Part shown: positions 34,902 to 46,900 of the stretch, one piece after another
Numbering within the stretch: the stretch's first letter is position 1
Layout of the letters: every line of letters begins with the position of its first letter
NCBI GenBank assembly: GCA_024137785.1
Contig: JAHRHZ010000002.1
Coordinates: forward strand, 6,266,451 to 6,330,450
Direction: 5' to 3'
Source: Ginglymostoma cirratum
Taxonomy: Eukaryota
DNA length: 64,000 bases
Position numbers and translations under genes: made by a program
The notes under the pieces: generated by a model
Seen by the model: the letters and a program-made list of their open reading frames with translations, nothing else
Told to the model about the DNA's origin: nothing
Database searches by the model: none

Positions 34902-37900
34902 TTACGCTCCAGTGAAAAAAGTCCCAGCCTATCCAGCTTCTCCTTATAACTCAAACCCACCCACCACTCCCAGCATCATCTTGGTAATCTCTTCTGAACC
35001 CTTTACAGTTTAACAATATCCTTCCTGTAACAGGCTGACCAGAACTGGGCACAGTACTCCAGGAGGCCTCAATGTCCTGTACAGCCTCAACATGACGTCC
35101 CAATTCCTATACTCTAAGGTCTGAGCAATGAAGGCGAGCATGGCAAATGCCTTCTTAACCAGACTGTCTACCTGTGATGCAAAATTCAAAGAACTGTGTA
35201 TCTGAATCCCTAGGTCTCTCCATTCTACAACACGACCCAAGGCCCCATTTTAATTGTAGAAATCCTGCCCTCGTTTGTTTTTCTAAAATGTAATATCTCG
35301 CATTTATCCAAATTAAACTCCATCTGCCATTCTCGAGCCTATTGACCCAATTGATCAAGATCTCTTTGTAATCTTAGATAACCTTCTTCACTCTCCACTA
35401 CACCAATTTTGGTGTCACCTGCAAACATACTAACCACACCTTCTATATTCTCATCTAAATTATTTATATAAGTGACAAAAAAAAAAGTCGACTGAGCACC
35501 GACCCTTGTGGAACGCTGCTAGACAGGTCTCCAGTCCAAAAAACTACCCTTTAACATCAGTCTGTCTCTTGCCATTAAGAGAATGCTGTATCCAACTGGC
35601 AAGCTCACCCTGAATCCCATGTGATCTAACTTAACTAATTAATTTACCATACAGAACCTTGGCGAAGGCTTTAATAAAGTCCAAGTAAACAATGTCTACC
35701 ACGACGCCCTCATCATTCTTCTTGGTTACTTCATCAAAAGGAAAATCTCACTCAAGTTTGCGAGTCAAAATTTCCCTTGCACAAAACCATGCTGACTACC
35801 CCTAGTCATTCCTTGCCTCTCTAAATGCATATAAATCCGATCCTTCAGAATCACTTCCAACAACTTATCCACCACCCAAGTCAGTCTCACAGGTCTAGCT
35901 CCTCTCCTTACATTCCTTCTTAAACAAAAAGCACAACATTAGCCACTCTTCAGTCATCCGGCACTTCTTCCATAGTTCTAGATGATACAAATATTTCTGC
36001 AAGGGGCCCCATAATTTCCTCCCCACCTTCCCACAATGTCCTGGGATACACTCGATAGGTCCCAGAAATTTATCCACCTTTGTGTTTCTTCCAGCACTTC
36101 CTCTTCTGTAATGTGAACAGTTTTCCAAACATCAAATGTTTATTTCTCTGATTTATCTGGCCTCTGTTTTTCTCAACAGTAAAAATTGATGCAAAATGTT
36201 CACTTAATACCTCTCCCGTCTCCTGAGTTCAACATAAGATGACCTCTTTCATGTTTAAGGGGCCCTACTCTCCCTCGCGTTGTTCCCTTGTTCTTAATGT
36301 ACTTGTGGAATCTCTTGGGATTATCCTTAACTTTATTTGCCAAGGCTATCTCATATCCTCTCTTTGCCTTCCTGATCTCCCTCTTGAGAATACACCTTAA
36401 AATCTTCAAGAGATTCATTTCATTAGAAGCCAGTTGTCTATACATAATGTGTGATTCATTTTTATTTTTGACTAGAACCTCAACACCTTCGTTAATCTTT
36501 GTTCTCTAATCATTCCAGCTTTACATTTCACTTCAACAAGAACATAATGATTCTGAACACTCGTAGTCACGCTTTTGAAAGCCTCTCATTTATCAAAATA
36601 TCCCTTTCCCTGCAAACAGTCAACTCCAAGCACATTTTCAAAGTCCTTGTCTCATCCCATTAAAATTTGCCCTACTCCAACTAAAATAAAATTAATTTTC
36701 ATTGAAGGCTCTTCCTTTTCCAAAACTATTTTAAAATGAATAGAATTATAATTACTAGACTCAAAGTGTTCCCCTATCACTCCAGTCACTTGCCCTGTCT
36801 TATTACCTAAAAAAAGGTCAGGTTTTGCTCCTTCTATAGTAGCAAGATTCGCATATTGATAAAGAAAAATTTCCGTGAACATATTTAACAAATAGGATAT
36901 CCTTTACTGTCACGTGTACTCCAGTAGAGGAATGGTGCCATCCTAGGCACAAGTACCGAGGTACAAATCTTGGATACAAAACAAGAATAAGTTAAAAATA
37001 AGAGAGAAGCAAGATCGGTACAATTCTGCACCATCCACATCTCTAACACTGTGGCTGTTCCGATCAATATTTGGAAAGTTCAAATCACCAACTATCACAA
37101 TGTTATTATTCTTACATAAATCAGACATATCTCCCCACATTTGCTCCTCAATTTCCCTTGGACTGTTGCGGGTTCTATAGCACAATCTAAAGGTGAGAAT
37201 TCCTTGCTTATTTCTAATGTGAACCTACGTATTTTCACTGGTCAACTTTTCAGAGATATCTCCTCTAGTTACAGCAGTAATGTTTTTCTTAATCAAAACT
37301 CCCTCCTCTTTTACCCCTCTTTCTATCCATCCTATAGCATCTGAAACCCAAAATATTGAGCTGCCAGGCCTGTCCATCTCAGACAAGTTTCTCTAACAGC
37401 TATGACATCCAAATCCCATGTTCCCAAACATACCGAGTTCATCAGGCTTCCCTGTGAGATCACTTGCCTTCAAATATATACAGTTTAATCCTTCAGAGTA
37501 ACTTGGTTCTCTGAAATGCTCGTGTCTGTCTTTTCTAATTAACGCATTCTTTTCAGATTCAAAAGCCCGCCTCATCTATCTTTCTATTTACTTTGCTACT
37601 TAGGATCCCTCCACACCCCCACTCTAATAGATTTCCATCTCCCTTAATAGAATTTGCAAGTCTTCCAGCTAGGATACTGGTCCTTTCAAGTAGAGGTGAA
37701 GCCCATCCTTTTTGAACAGGTCTTTTCTGCCCCAGAACAGATCTCAATGATCCAAGAGCCTGAAATCACTGAACATTATGCCACCTCTGATTTATCTCCT
37801 TTATCCTTTCCCTCATTTAAGCTTGGTGTTGGGTGTGAACCAGAGATTACTACTTTTGAGTTCCTGTAATTGATTTTTTTAAATCTTCTACCTGACCTCT

Positions 37901-39575
37901 TACATTCAATCCGTAAAGTATTAACCTTTTTCCTAACTATATCTTTCCTACCAATGTGTACAATAACTTACGGCTTCTCACGCTCATCTTTAATTGCATG
38001 TTTCAAATGTTTTGAAATATCCTTAATCCTGGCACCAGGAAGGCAACCTATTATCCTAGATTCATGTTCGCTGCCACAGAATCTCCTGTCTGTGCCCTTA
38101 ACAGGACAGTCCCTTATAACAATTACTCTTAAATTTTGTCAAACCCTGCCTGACACCAGGTTCATTTTTAGTGCCCAAGATCTGACTGCCTTTTCTATTT
38201 TTCTCTGAGAGACTATCCTTTTCAACAGTAGTTAAAACAGAGTATCTGTTTGAGAGAGGAGTAGCACAGGACGCTTCTGCATTACCTCATCTTTCCTGAC
38301 ACAGTCACCCATCTATCTGACTGATCCTGCTGTGTAATCACTTCGCTAAATCTACTGGCCATTTGAGTCTGTGTCTCTTGTATGCCTTGGATGACATTAA
38401 AAAGAAGCAGCTTTCAATAGCACCTTATTTATAAAATAAACTGCGGTTCCTTACCCAAAGAATTAATATCAAGCATGCAAAAAACAAATATATAAATAAA
38501 ATCACTTAGCTGAACAATCAAATTTAAAAAATGACTTCTGCTCGAGGAGGACCAGCCAACAGCTTTCAATCTTCTGATTAAAAATAACTCACTCCAGAGC
38601 CATATGTAGGCCTCTCCAAAAGCTCCGTAAAGACAGCTCCGTTTGAAAAAACTCTCCTCCACAATTTAAAACAAAATCTCTTTAGCAATGGTACATAAAA
38701 AAGTCTCCTTCTGTGCCATTAACACTGTTTGAAAAAAAACATGCATTTTTTTTGTTTTCTTTTGCATTTCTGACTATAAAAGAACCAAAAATGAATCAAA
38801 ATAAAAATCTTATTCTACTGAAATGTGGTAACTGTAAGAAAACTGGAAGTAAGCAAGGCAGCTATCTCAGGAGCAGATGCAAGATCCACTCTACTCTCAG
38901 ACCACGTTATTCAAACTTTATTTCATTTTCATACTATGTCACAGAATGAGAGCTTATTGCCGGTTTCAGTTTTAGGCTTTGCTCTTAGTGACAGAGATAA
39001 AAATATTAATAGCTTTTCCTTGCAAGTCTCTGCAACTACTGTTCACATCCAGGTCTGTGAACAAACACAGTATCTTGGTCCAGATGCTATTATTGCCTCG
39101 CAACAGATCAGAACCTCAGCTTTTTGCAAGTCTCTTTGTCCAAAAATTAAGGGCCACAGAAGTCCAATTCTTGTCTCCTAACCACTCTTTGTGGACTTCG
39201 CTCCCAAAATTTACTTGCTTATTCAAATAATCCACAGGTAGACAAGGTGGTTAAGGCAGCGTACAGGATATTTGTCTTCATTAGTCAAAGTACCAAATAC
39301 AAGAGCAAAGAAGTTATAATGGTGCTGACATAATGTTATTTAGGTCATGGCTAGAGTATGCATTTCTGGTCACCGTATTGTAGAAAGGACGCGACTGCAA
39401 TAGAAAAAGGTGCAGAGGAGATTCATCAGGATGGTGCCTGGGCTGGAGTGATTCTGCTATGAAGAGAGCACAGATAGGCTGGGGTTGTTTTCCTTACAGC
39501 AGAGAAGACTGTGGTGGTGGTGGTGGTGGTGGTGGGATCTGATTAAAAGGGTATCAGAGGCTCGACATATGCAGT

Positions 39576-40290
39576 GAGCAACTCACCCCCGACTCGCCAA
39601 AGCCTGTCTACCCTTGACAAAGGCCAAATCAGGACAGATTTCTTCCTAGATAACATGGTATAGAGCTGGATGAACACAGTAGGCCAAGCAGCATCAGAGG
39701 AGCAGGAAAGCTGACGATTCGGGTCGAGACCCTTCTTCAGAAAATCCTTCAAGGGTCTTGACCCGAAACGTCAGCTTTCCTGCTCCTCTGATGCTGCTTG
39801 GCCTGCTGTGTTCATCCAGCTCTACACCTTGTTATCTCAGATTCTCCAGCATCTGCAGTTCCTACTATCTCTGTAACAAATTTCTTCCTATTTGCCTGGA
39901 TGCGTGCAGGTCCAGAAGTACTCACGAAGCCTGACACCAAAGGACAAACCAGCACCACATCCACCACTGACACAAAGTAGCAGCAGTGTGTACCACTGAC
40001 AAACTGCACTGCAAAATTCACCAAAAATCCGTGGACACCACCTTCCAAATCCACGACCACTTCCATCTAGGAGGACTAGAGCAGGAGGTACACTTGCAAG
40101 TGCCCCTCCAAGCCAGTCACCATCCTGACTTGGAAATCTATCACCGTTCATTCAAATTTGCTGGGACCAAATCTTGGAATTCTCTCCCTAATAGCATTGT
40201 GCATTTACCCAGACCACACTGTTTCAAGAAGCAACAAAATATATGCAAGAAGTGCTGGCCCAACCGGTGAAGTCCATATTCTGTAAATTA
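39576..40290 (+). mobile_element. 3' fragment of the LINE family seen at 45076-48275, split by a PLE hairpin
   Basis: Collinear with 47700-48270 (e.g. caccatcctgacttggaaat). Confidence 0.75.
39649..39875. mobile_element. Palindromic PLE pseudo-LTR element
   Basis: Near-perfect inverted arms of about 90 bp; 15-bp TSD ACA(G/A)ATTTCTTCCTA at 39634-39648 and 39876-39890. Confidence 0.9.
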
Positions 40291-40880
40291 AGTTTTCAAA
40301 AAACAGAATGTGATGGAAATCTGGGATTCACTGCCAAAAAGGGTAGAAGATGCAGGAACCATCAAGACATTTAAGAACTCTTTAATGCAACAAGCCAAGT
40401 GCTGGAAAACAGGATTAGAACAGATATTTATTTGGTGACTGGCACAGGCAAAGTGGGCCAAAGGGACTCTTTCCACATTGTAAAAACTCTCAGCATGAAG
40501 TAAGCAAAACGGGTCTTTCTGGAGTGAAACAAACATTGAGAAACTAATACAAATATTGCATTTTCTCACTGAAAAGGCTGGAGGCAGGTGACGGTTTGGC
40601 TTATACACCGAAAATGCACAAAAGCACGATTTTTGGTACTGTACAAAACAGGGTTATCCTGTATGCCACAATCCAAGGTGCTCACAACAGTGTCAAATAA
40701 GGTACATATAATTTCAAACCTCAGATCTGACCCACCACATTTACCTTTCCAAGACCCATTCAAATGCTGATCAGAGTGCAGAAAACATACAATGACCAGA
40801 CAGTAAGAATGAAAATTCTACTGGACATAGAGTGGGTGTGGGTCTATCACCTCACCTCAACATTCTATCAATTTTTTACC

Positions 40881-40996
40881 TCACCGCAGCCTTTTCCATC
40901 TGATCACTGCAATTATCCCGATAATCACCAATGCAGCAACGACCGACAGCGTTATAATTCTTGCAGTGAAGCTTCTGCTTCTGTCCTCCACTGTTT
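40881..40996 (-). CDS. MHC class I connecting peptide/transmembrane exon with in-exon stop
   Basis: tttttcag|AA acceptor. Encodes ETVEDRSRSFTARIITLSVVAALVIIGIIAVIRWKRLR then TGA (40883-40881): a 19-aa hydrophobic helix followed by a basic stop-transfer. Confidence 0.9.
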
Positions 40997-43900
40997 CTGA
41001 AAAATATTTGAATAATAAGGGAGGTCACTATGTTCCTGAAATCATATTCAAATTCTGTCTTGTTGAAGGATGATTCTAACCAAACCTGCCTGTCCAGAAA
41101 GTGATGCACATACATACCCCACTGATAGAGTTTGGCCTCTGACAGGCTGCTGTGTTCAATTCGACAGGAGTATTGATCCTCATCCCCAGCACTGATTTCA
41201 ATCTCTTTCTGGATCTGAAACGTCCCATCATGGTTCGGCCGAACCCCTGAGGATTGTGTCTTAGTCATGACCTCTCCATTCCTTAGCCAGGTCACTACGA
41301 TTTCTACAGGATAAAATCCACTGACCAGGCACGAGAGAGTGAGAGACTTGTCCTGATGACGGAGTTCACTCTTAGAGATGAACACTTCAGGCTCAACCAT
41401 GATGGGAAAGGGTGAAAACACAAACCATGTATGAAAGGTAATGAGCAGAACTAGGAGAAGTTTCATAGATCTGTACGTGAACAAAATGAAAACATACCTT
41501 TCCTTTCAAAATATTCTTTTCCAACCTCCAAATCCAACAGCAATTGCTCCAGAAATACTTCTTCCAGATGTGTCTTCCAATACTTGGTCCAGGATGCATC
41601 AGAATTCCATTTCTCAGTTGTCACTAATGCACGGTGGCTGGTTGCAATCCATCTCATTCTCTCTGGCTCTAAAATAATATAGTCTTTTCCGTCATACCCA
41701 AAACGCATTGATATCTTAACGGAGCCATCTTCAGTTATTTCAGCACAACTTATCCATTGAAACAGGTGAATTCCTTTCAGTGATGAACAAAGGGATCAAA
41801 AACCAACATTTAATGATACATCACATGCTGTCTGAACAGAGACAACAGGCATCTAATTTCAGGTAGAAATGGGAGCTTAGAGTCAGACCCTGTATCAGAA
41901 AAGGAAGAGGATTCAGTTGAAAATGTATCCCAATTGTTGCTACTGTGAATTCAGGCTGAAAGTCTGAAATTTCTAATCATTTGAACTTGAGTGGTCAGAA
42001 GTCAAACAAAATGGTTATTGGGAAATTACGCATGCAACCAGGATTCAGTGGTCTTAGAAAGGGCCAGTAAACTAATGACAAGTCTTAACTCCCATACATT
42101 AATAGCAAACAACAAATTAATTCCCAAGAAGCTAATAACTTGAATTAATAGTCAACATATTAATCCCAAAATGCTTATATGTGTTGGTTTCAGCAAATTT
42201 ACAACAGGAGTTAACTGCCAGTCAGTGGTTAATTCCCAGATGTTGAAAATAAAGCATTAATTTACAACTTACTAATAATGGGAGATAATTCCTGTTGGTA
42301 GCTGGAAATTAATTCCTACCATGTTAACAACACAAGTCCCCAACATACAAACAGAAGTTTATTCCCAGCACACTATGGGTGGTTTTAATATGCAACACAC
42401 CAACAATGAGAGGTAACTCAAATATCTGAAAGTTAGAAGTTATTCCCAACTGCTGAAGAATATATTTAATTTAAAGTCACTACAGACAATGTGATGAAAT
42501 CTCTCGCTATTTCCACCTTTTCCTTTGCACTAAGCAAGCCAGCAAACTATGGCAATTTCTATTGATAGACAGTTCCAAGTGTTGCTAGGTGCCAACAAAA
42601 GGGAGGGGCTTATCATAGGACTGCAACAGATTACTCAGCACAAAGAATAGCAGTTTAAAATTTTCAGTACCTGACTGTAAGGTCAGCGTGAAGGCGACAG
42701 AGCAGACGGCATGTTAGGAGTCCTGATTTTTAGCTGCCCTACAGCAAAGGCAACTGAACTACGGGATTTCCATGTAGTTGACATATGGAGTTAAGTTCCA
42801 AGAGCAGTTGGGTGTCTGTGTTGTTGGAACCACGGCCAAATTCTCAAAGACATTAGGCAACTAGGTGTTGCCATCAGGGCTTAGGAAAAGTGATGGGAGT
42901 TCACAAGAAACCAGCTGTCACCAATAGGTCAGTACGGCTGAGAGTGATCATTGAAAAACCACCAAGAGTAATTGCTTGATGCAGCTCAGCAAGATGGGAG
43001 AGCTCGGGAAAAACACAAAGAAAAATTCAGCTTGGTAAAGCCTGCCTGAGTTGTGGCAGTGAATCAGTGAATCAGAAACTGCAGTGCTGTTTGCAGAGTC
43101 TGGGGCAGCATGGACCCAGGCAGGAGGGTAACCAACTCTAACAAGAGCAGTCATTGAGGCAATCCATGACAGACCACAAGGCATAGAATCAGAAATAGTC
43201 AATTGGCCCTAAAAGACTGCTTTGCCATTTGATCACTGCTGCTGATAAGTGGCTCAAGAGTGGATTTAAAGACCAGACTAGACCAGCAAAAGCAAAGAAC
43301 TGTAAACCCTTGTGAAGTTCAATGAGATTTATTGACTGACTGCATGTAACCTTAACCTCTGGAGGATTTGCTGAGAAAGCTGTAGGATCTGCCTTGATTG
43401 CATTTGACGCATAATTAAAATCATTTGAGAAGCTGGTGATGAGCTGCCTTTTTGATCCCTGCAATCCTGGTGCTGTAGGTACACCCACAGTGCCGGAGGA
43501 ATTCCAGGATTTTTGACTCAGCAACAGAAAAAGATACGCTGATATTTTTCCAAGTCAGGATGGTGGCTGGCTTGTAGGAGAATTTCCAAGGTGGCAGTGT
43601 TCTGCTGTATCTCTTGCCCTCATCCTTCGAGTCGGAAGTGATTACGGATTTTGAAGGTGCTATCTGAAGATCTTGGAATGCTTGTTCAGAGATCAGCAGA
43701 TGGCAGGACTGATTAATACGGTAGTTAAAAAGGCATATATGATGCTTGCCTTGACTAGTCATGGCACAGATTAGAAGAACAAGGCAGGCATGTTGGAGCA
43801 GGACTGAACATTGGTTAGGCCACAGCTGAAGCACTATGCACTCTTCTGATCACCATCTTCCATGTCATGGGGTTTCATTGTATCCCTTGACCTTCTAGAT

Positions 43901-46900
43901 AGTAGAGATCAGGGGATTGAAAGGTGCTGTCTGAAGGATCTTTGGTGAATTTCTGCAGTGCATCTTGCAGATTATACACACTGCTGCTACTAAGCATGGG
44001 GGAAGAGGTAGTGGTTGTTTGTGGATACGATACCAATAAAGTAGACTGCTTTGGCCTGGATAATGTCAACCCTCTTGATTCTGGAGCTGCACACACCCAG
44101 TCAAGTGGGGAGTATTCCATCACACTTCTCACTATGCCATGTAGATGGGGCTAGGCTTTATGGAGTCAGGATGAGAAGTACTCCACTGGCTTCTGGGCCC
44201 CATTCTTTTCACTCTTGCGTCTCCCCTGTCTCACATCCAGTTTCCCTCTCCTACCGCTGAAGCCCAGTCAAAATTGCACCTTTACCTGTACACTAATTCA
44301 CTGGTGCATGAAAATCACACGTGATAACATCAGTGCTTGGAACTGTGCGTTCCCGAATCAGCACGCACGTGTAGTTTGTCTGCATTTGCCTACTTTTTGA
44401 CGTGTACATGGGGTACCCGATCACAGCCTATTACTCAAATTTAGCACGTTACTTCTGTGTATTAGAAATAAGTTATACATGCATTGTTGATTGAAATACT
44501 GATGTAACTTGTATGGCACTATAAAGGAAGTGTCACCACAGTCCAGAGGACCATAGGGCACAGAAACACAACTGGTAGTGAGCTTAACTCATCTCAGACA
44601 GGGGACAAGGTTGAGAAACTGGGACCTACATAGTAACCTAAGCCAGTGTGGAATATGAACTGTTGGCATCACTCCGCACTGCGAATCTGGCATCCAGACA
44701 ACTGAGCCGAGAAAAGCCACCAAATACAGTGTGGACCCTAAATAACTAAACACACAAAAAGAAAAATGTTAACTGCATTACACTACACAAAAGAACTATT
44801 AGAATGATCTCTGTACAACTTTCAGGAAGAGAGTTGCATCCATTTTTACTCACAGCAATACCCTTACAATCTCCAAATCACAATAGAGAACCATCCTTCT
44901 ATGCATGCTAAAGCTTTTTGCCCAGCAGGCATGGTGTTAACCCAGTTTCCTTTTGGAAAATTTGCTAGCATTCACACAATCCTATCGTCTTTAGTTAAAG
45001 TCTCCCTCTGAAAAGCTTAAGGGAAGCAGAAAATTCAGTCCACTTAACATGGTTTACTTGAGCTCATATCTTTAGGGTAGGCAATGACCTAGTGGTATTT
45101 ATGCTAGACTATTACTCCAGTAACCCAGCTAATGGTCTGGGGACCCAGGTTCGAATCCCACCACAGCAGATGATGGAATTTGAACTCAATAAATAATACA
45201 AAAAAAGGGGAAGAGCCTGGAATTAAGAATCTACTGATCACCATGAAATCATTGCCGATCGTCAGAAAAACCCAACTGGTTCACTTACGTCCTTCAAGGA
45301 AGGACATCTGGTACCCTCACCTGGTCTGGCCTGCATGAGACTCTCAACTGCCCTCTGAAATGGCCTATCAAGCCATTCAGTTGTATTAGTTGCTACAAAG
45401 TAGTGAAATGAAATTGGACAGATCACTTGGCATCAACCTAGGTACTGGGAAAGACAACAGTGGAAACAACTCTGTCGACCCTGATAAATCCTCCTCACTA
45501 ACATCTGGGGGGCGAGTGCCAAAATTGGGAGAGCAATTTCACAGATTAGTCAGACAACAGCCTTACATCGTCTGTAAGGCATCATACTGCGAGAATGACT
45601 ATGCCCCAGACACCACCGTCACCAACCCTGGACATCTCCCGTCCCAGGCAGGACAGATCCAGAGGTGACGGCACGTTGGTGTACAGTCCAGAAGACATTG
45701 TTCTGGGAGTCCTCAACATAGGATCCAGAATGCATGAAATCTCACGGCTTCAGGTTAAACATGGGCAAGGAACCCTCCTGCTGATTACCATATACCATCC
45801 TGCCTCAGCTGATGATTCGGTACTGCTTCACATTGAGCAACACGAAGGAAGCACTGAGATGGCAAGGGCACTTGGGTACTCTGGTTGGAGGATTTCAATG
45901 TCCACCACCAAGAATGGCTCAGCAGCAGCACTACAGATCAAGTTGGTCGGGTCGTAAAAGACATATATGCTAAACTGGATCTGTAGCAGGTGGTGAGGGA
46001 ACCAACAAGAGGGAAAGCATACTTGACCTCATCCTTACCAATCTCCCAGCTTCAGCTGCATCTGACTATGACTGTCTCCACAAGGACTGAGCAATGGTCA
46101 CACTTACCGATACTAAGTACCACCTTCACATTGAGAGTAACTTCCATCGTGTTCTGTGGCACTATCACCAAATGGGACAGAGTTCACACAGATCTAACAA
46201 CTCAAGGCTGGGCATTCATGAGGCACCATGGACCATCAAAAGCAGAATTGTACTTCAGCACAATCTGTAACTTCATGGCCTGGCATATCCCCCACTTAAA
46301 TATTACCATCAAGTCAGTAGTTCAAACTTAGTTCAATGGAGAGTACAGGAGGGCAGGCCTGGAGCAGCACAACACAAAGAGGAGGTGCCAACCACGTGAC
46401 AGACAGCACACCAAACAAAAAAAAAAGCAGCAAGTGAGATACAGAGCTAAGTGATCCCACAACCAACAGATCAGATCTAAGCTCTGTTTATCCTGTCACA
46501 TCCAGTCATGAATGGTGGTGCACAATTAAACAATTCACTAGAGGAGGAGGCTCCACAAATATCCCCATCCTCAACGATGGAAGATCCCAGCACATCACTG
46601 CATTTGCAGCAATCTTCAGCCAGAAGTGCCAAGTGGATGATCCATCTCAGCCTCCTCCAGTTGTCCCCAGCATTACAGATACAGGTCTTCAGCCAATTCA
46701 ATTCACTCCATGTGATATCCACAAGAAACAGCTATAGACACTGGATACAGCAAAGGCCACAGGCCCTGACAACATTCTGGCAATAGTACTGAAGACTTGT
46801 GCTCCAGAAATTCCCGCTCCCCTAGCCCAGCTGTTCCGGTACATTTACAACACTGGTATCTAACCAGTAACGTGGAAAATTGCCCAAGTATGTCCCCTAC

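Larger units (their letters stand above)
34415..38330 (-). mobile_element. Near full-length degenerate CR1 LINE (SGNH-esterase ORF1 + EN/RT ORF2), with a PLE end and a gap near its 3' tail
   Basis: ORF1 VIRDCPVKGTDRRFCGSEHESRIIGCLPGARIKDIS; ORF2 VGDLNFPNID, KDNPKRFHKYIK and MGLSYKEKLDRLGLFSLE. Confidence 0.88.

Noticed and set aside
40876-41484. 202-aa ORF with a signal-peptide-like start (MKLLLVLLITFHTW) in frame with the Ig domain, suggesting a stand-alone secreted Ig protein
   Set aside because: The hydrophobic stretch is the pyrimidine-rich intron between alpha2 and alpha3, and the ORF reads through the alpha3 donor. The exon structure explains it better.
45085-45160. tRNA gene (A and B boxes); likewise the HE1 SINE heads
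   Set aside because: No cloverleaf or terminator; they continue into SINE/LINE bodies.
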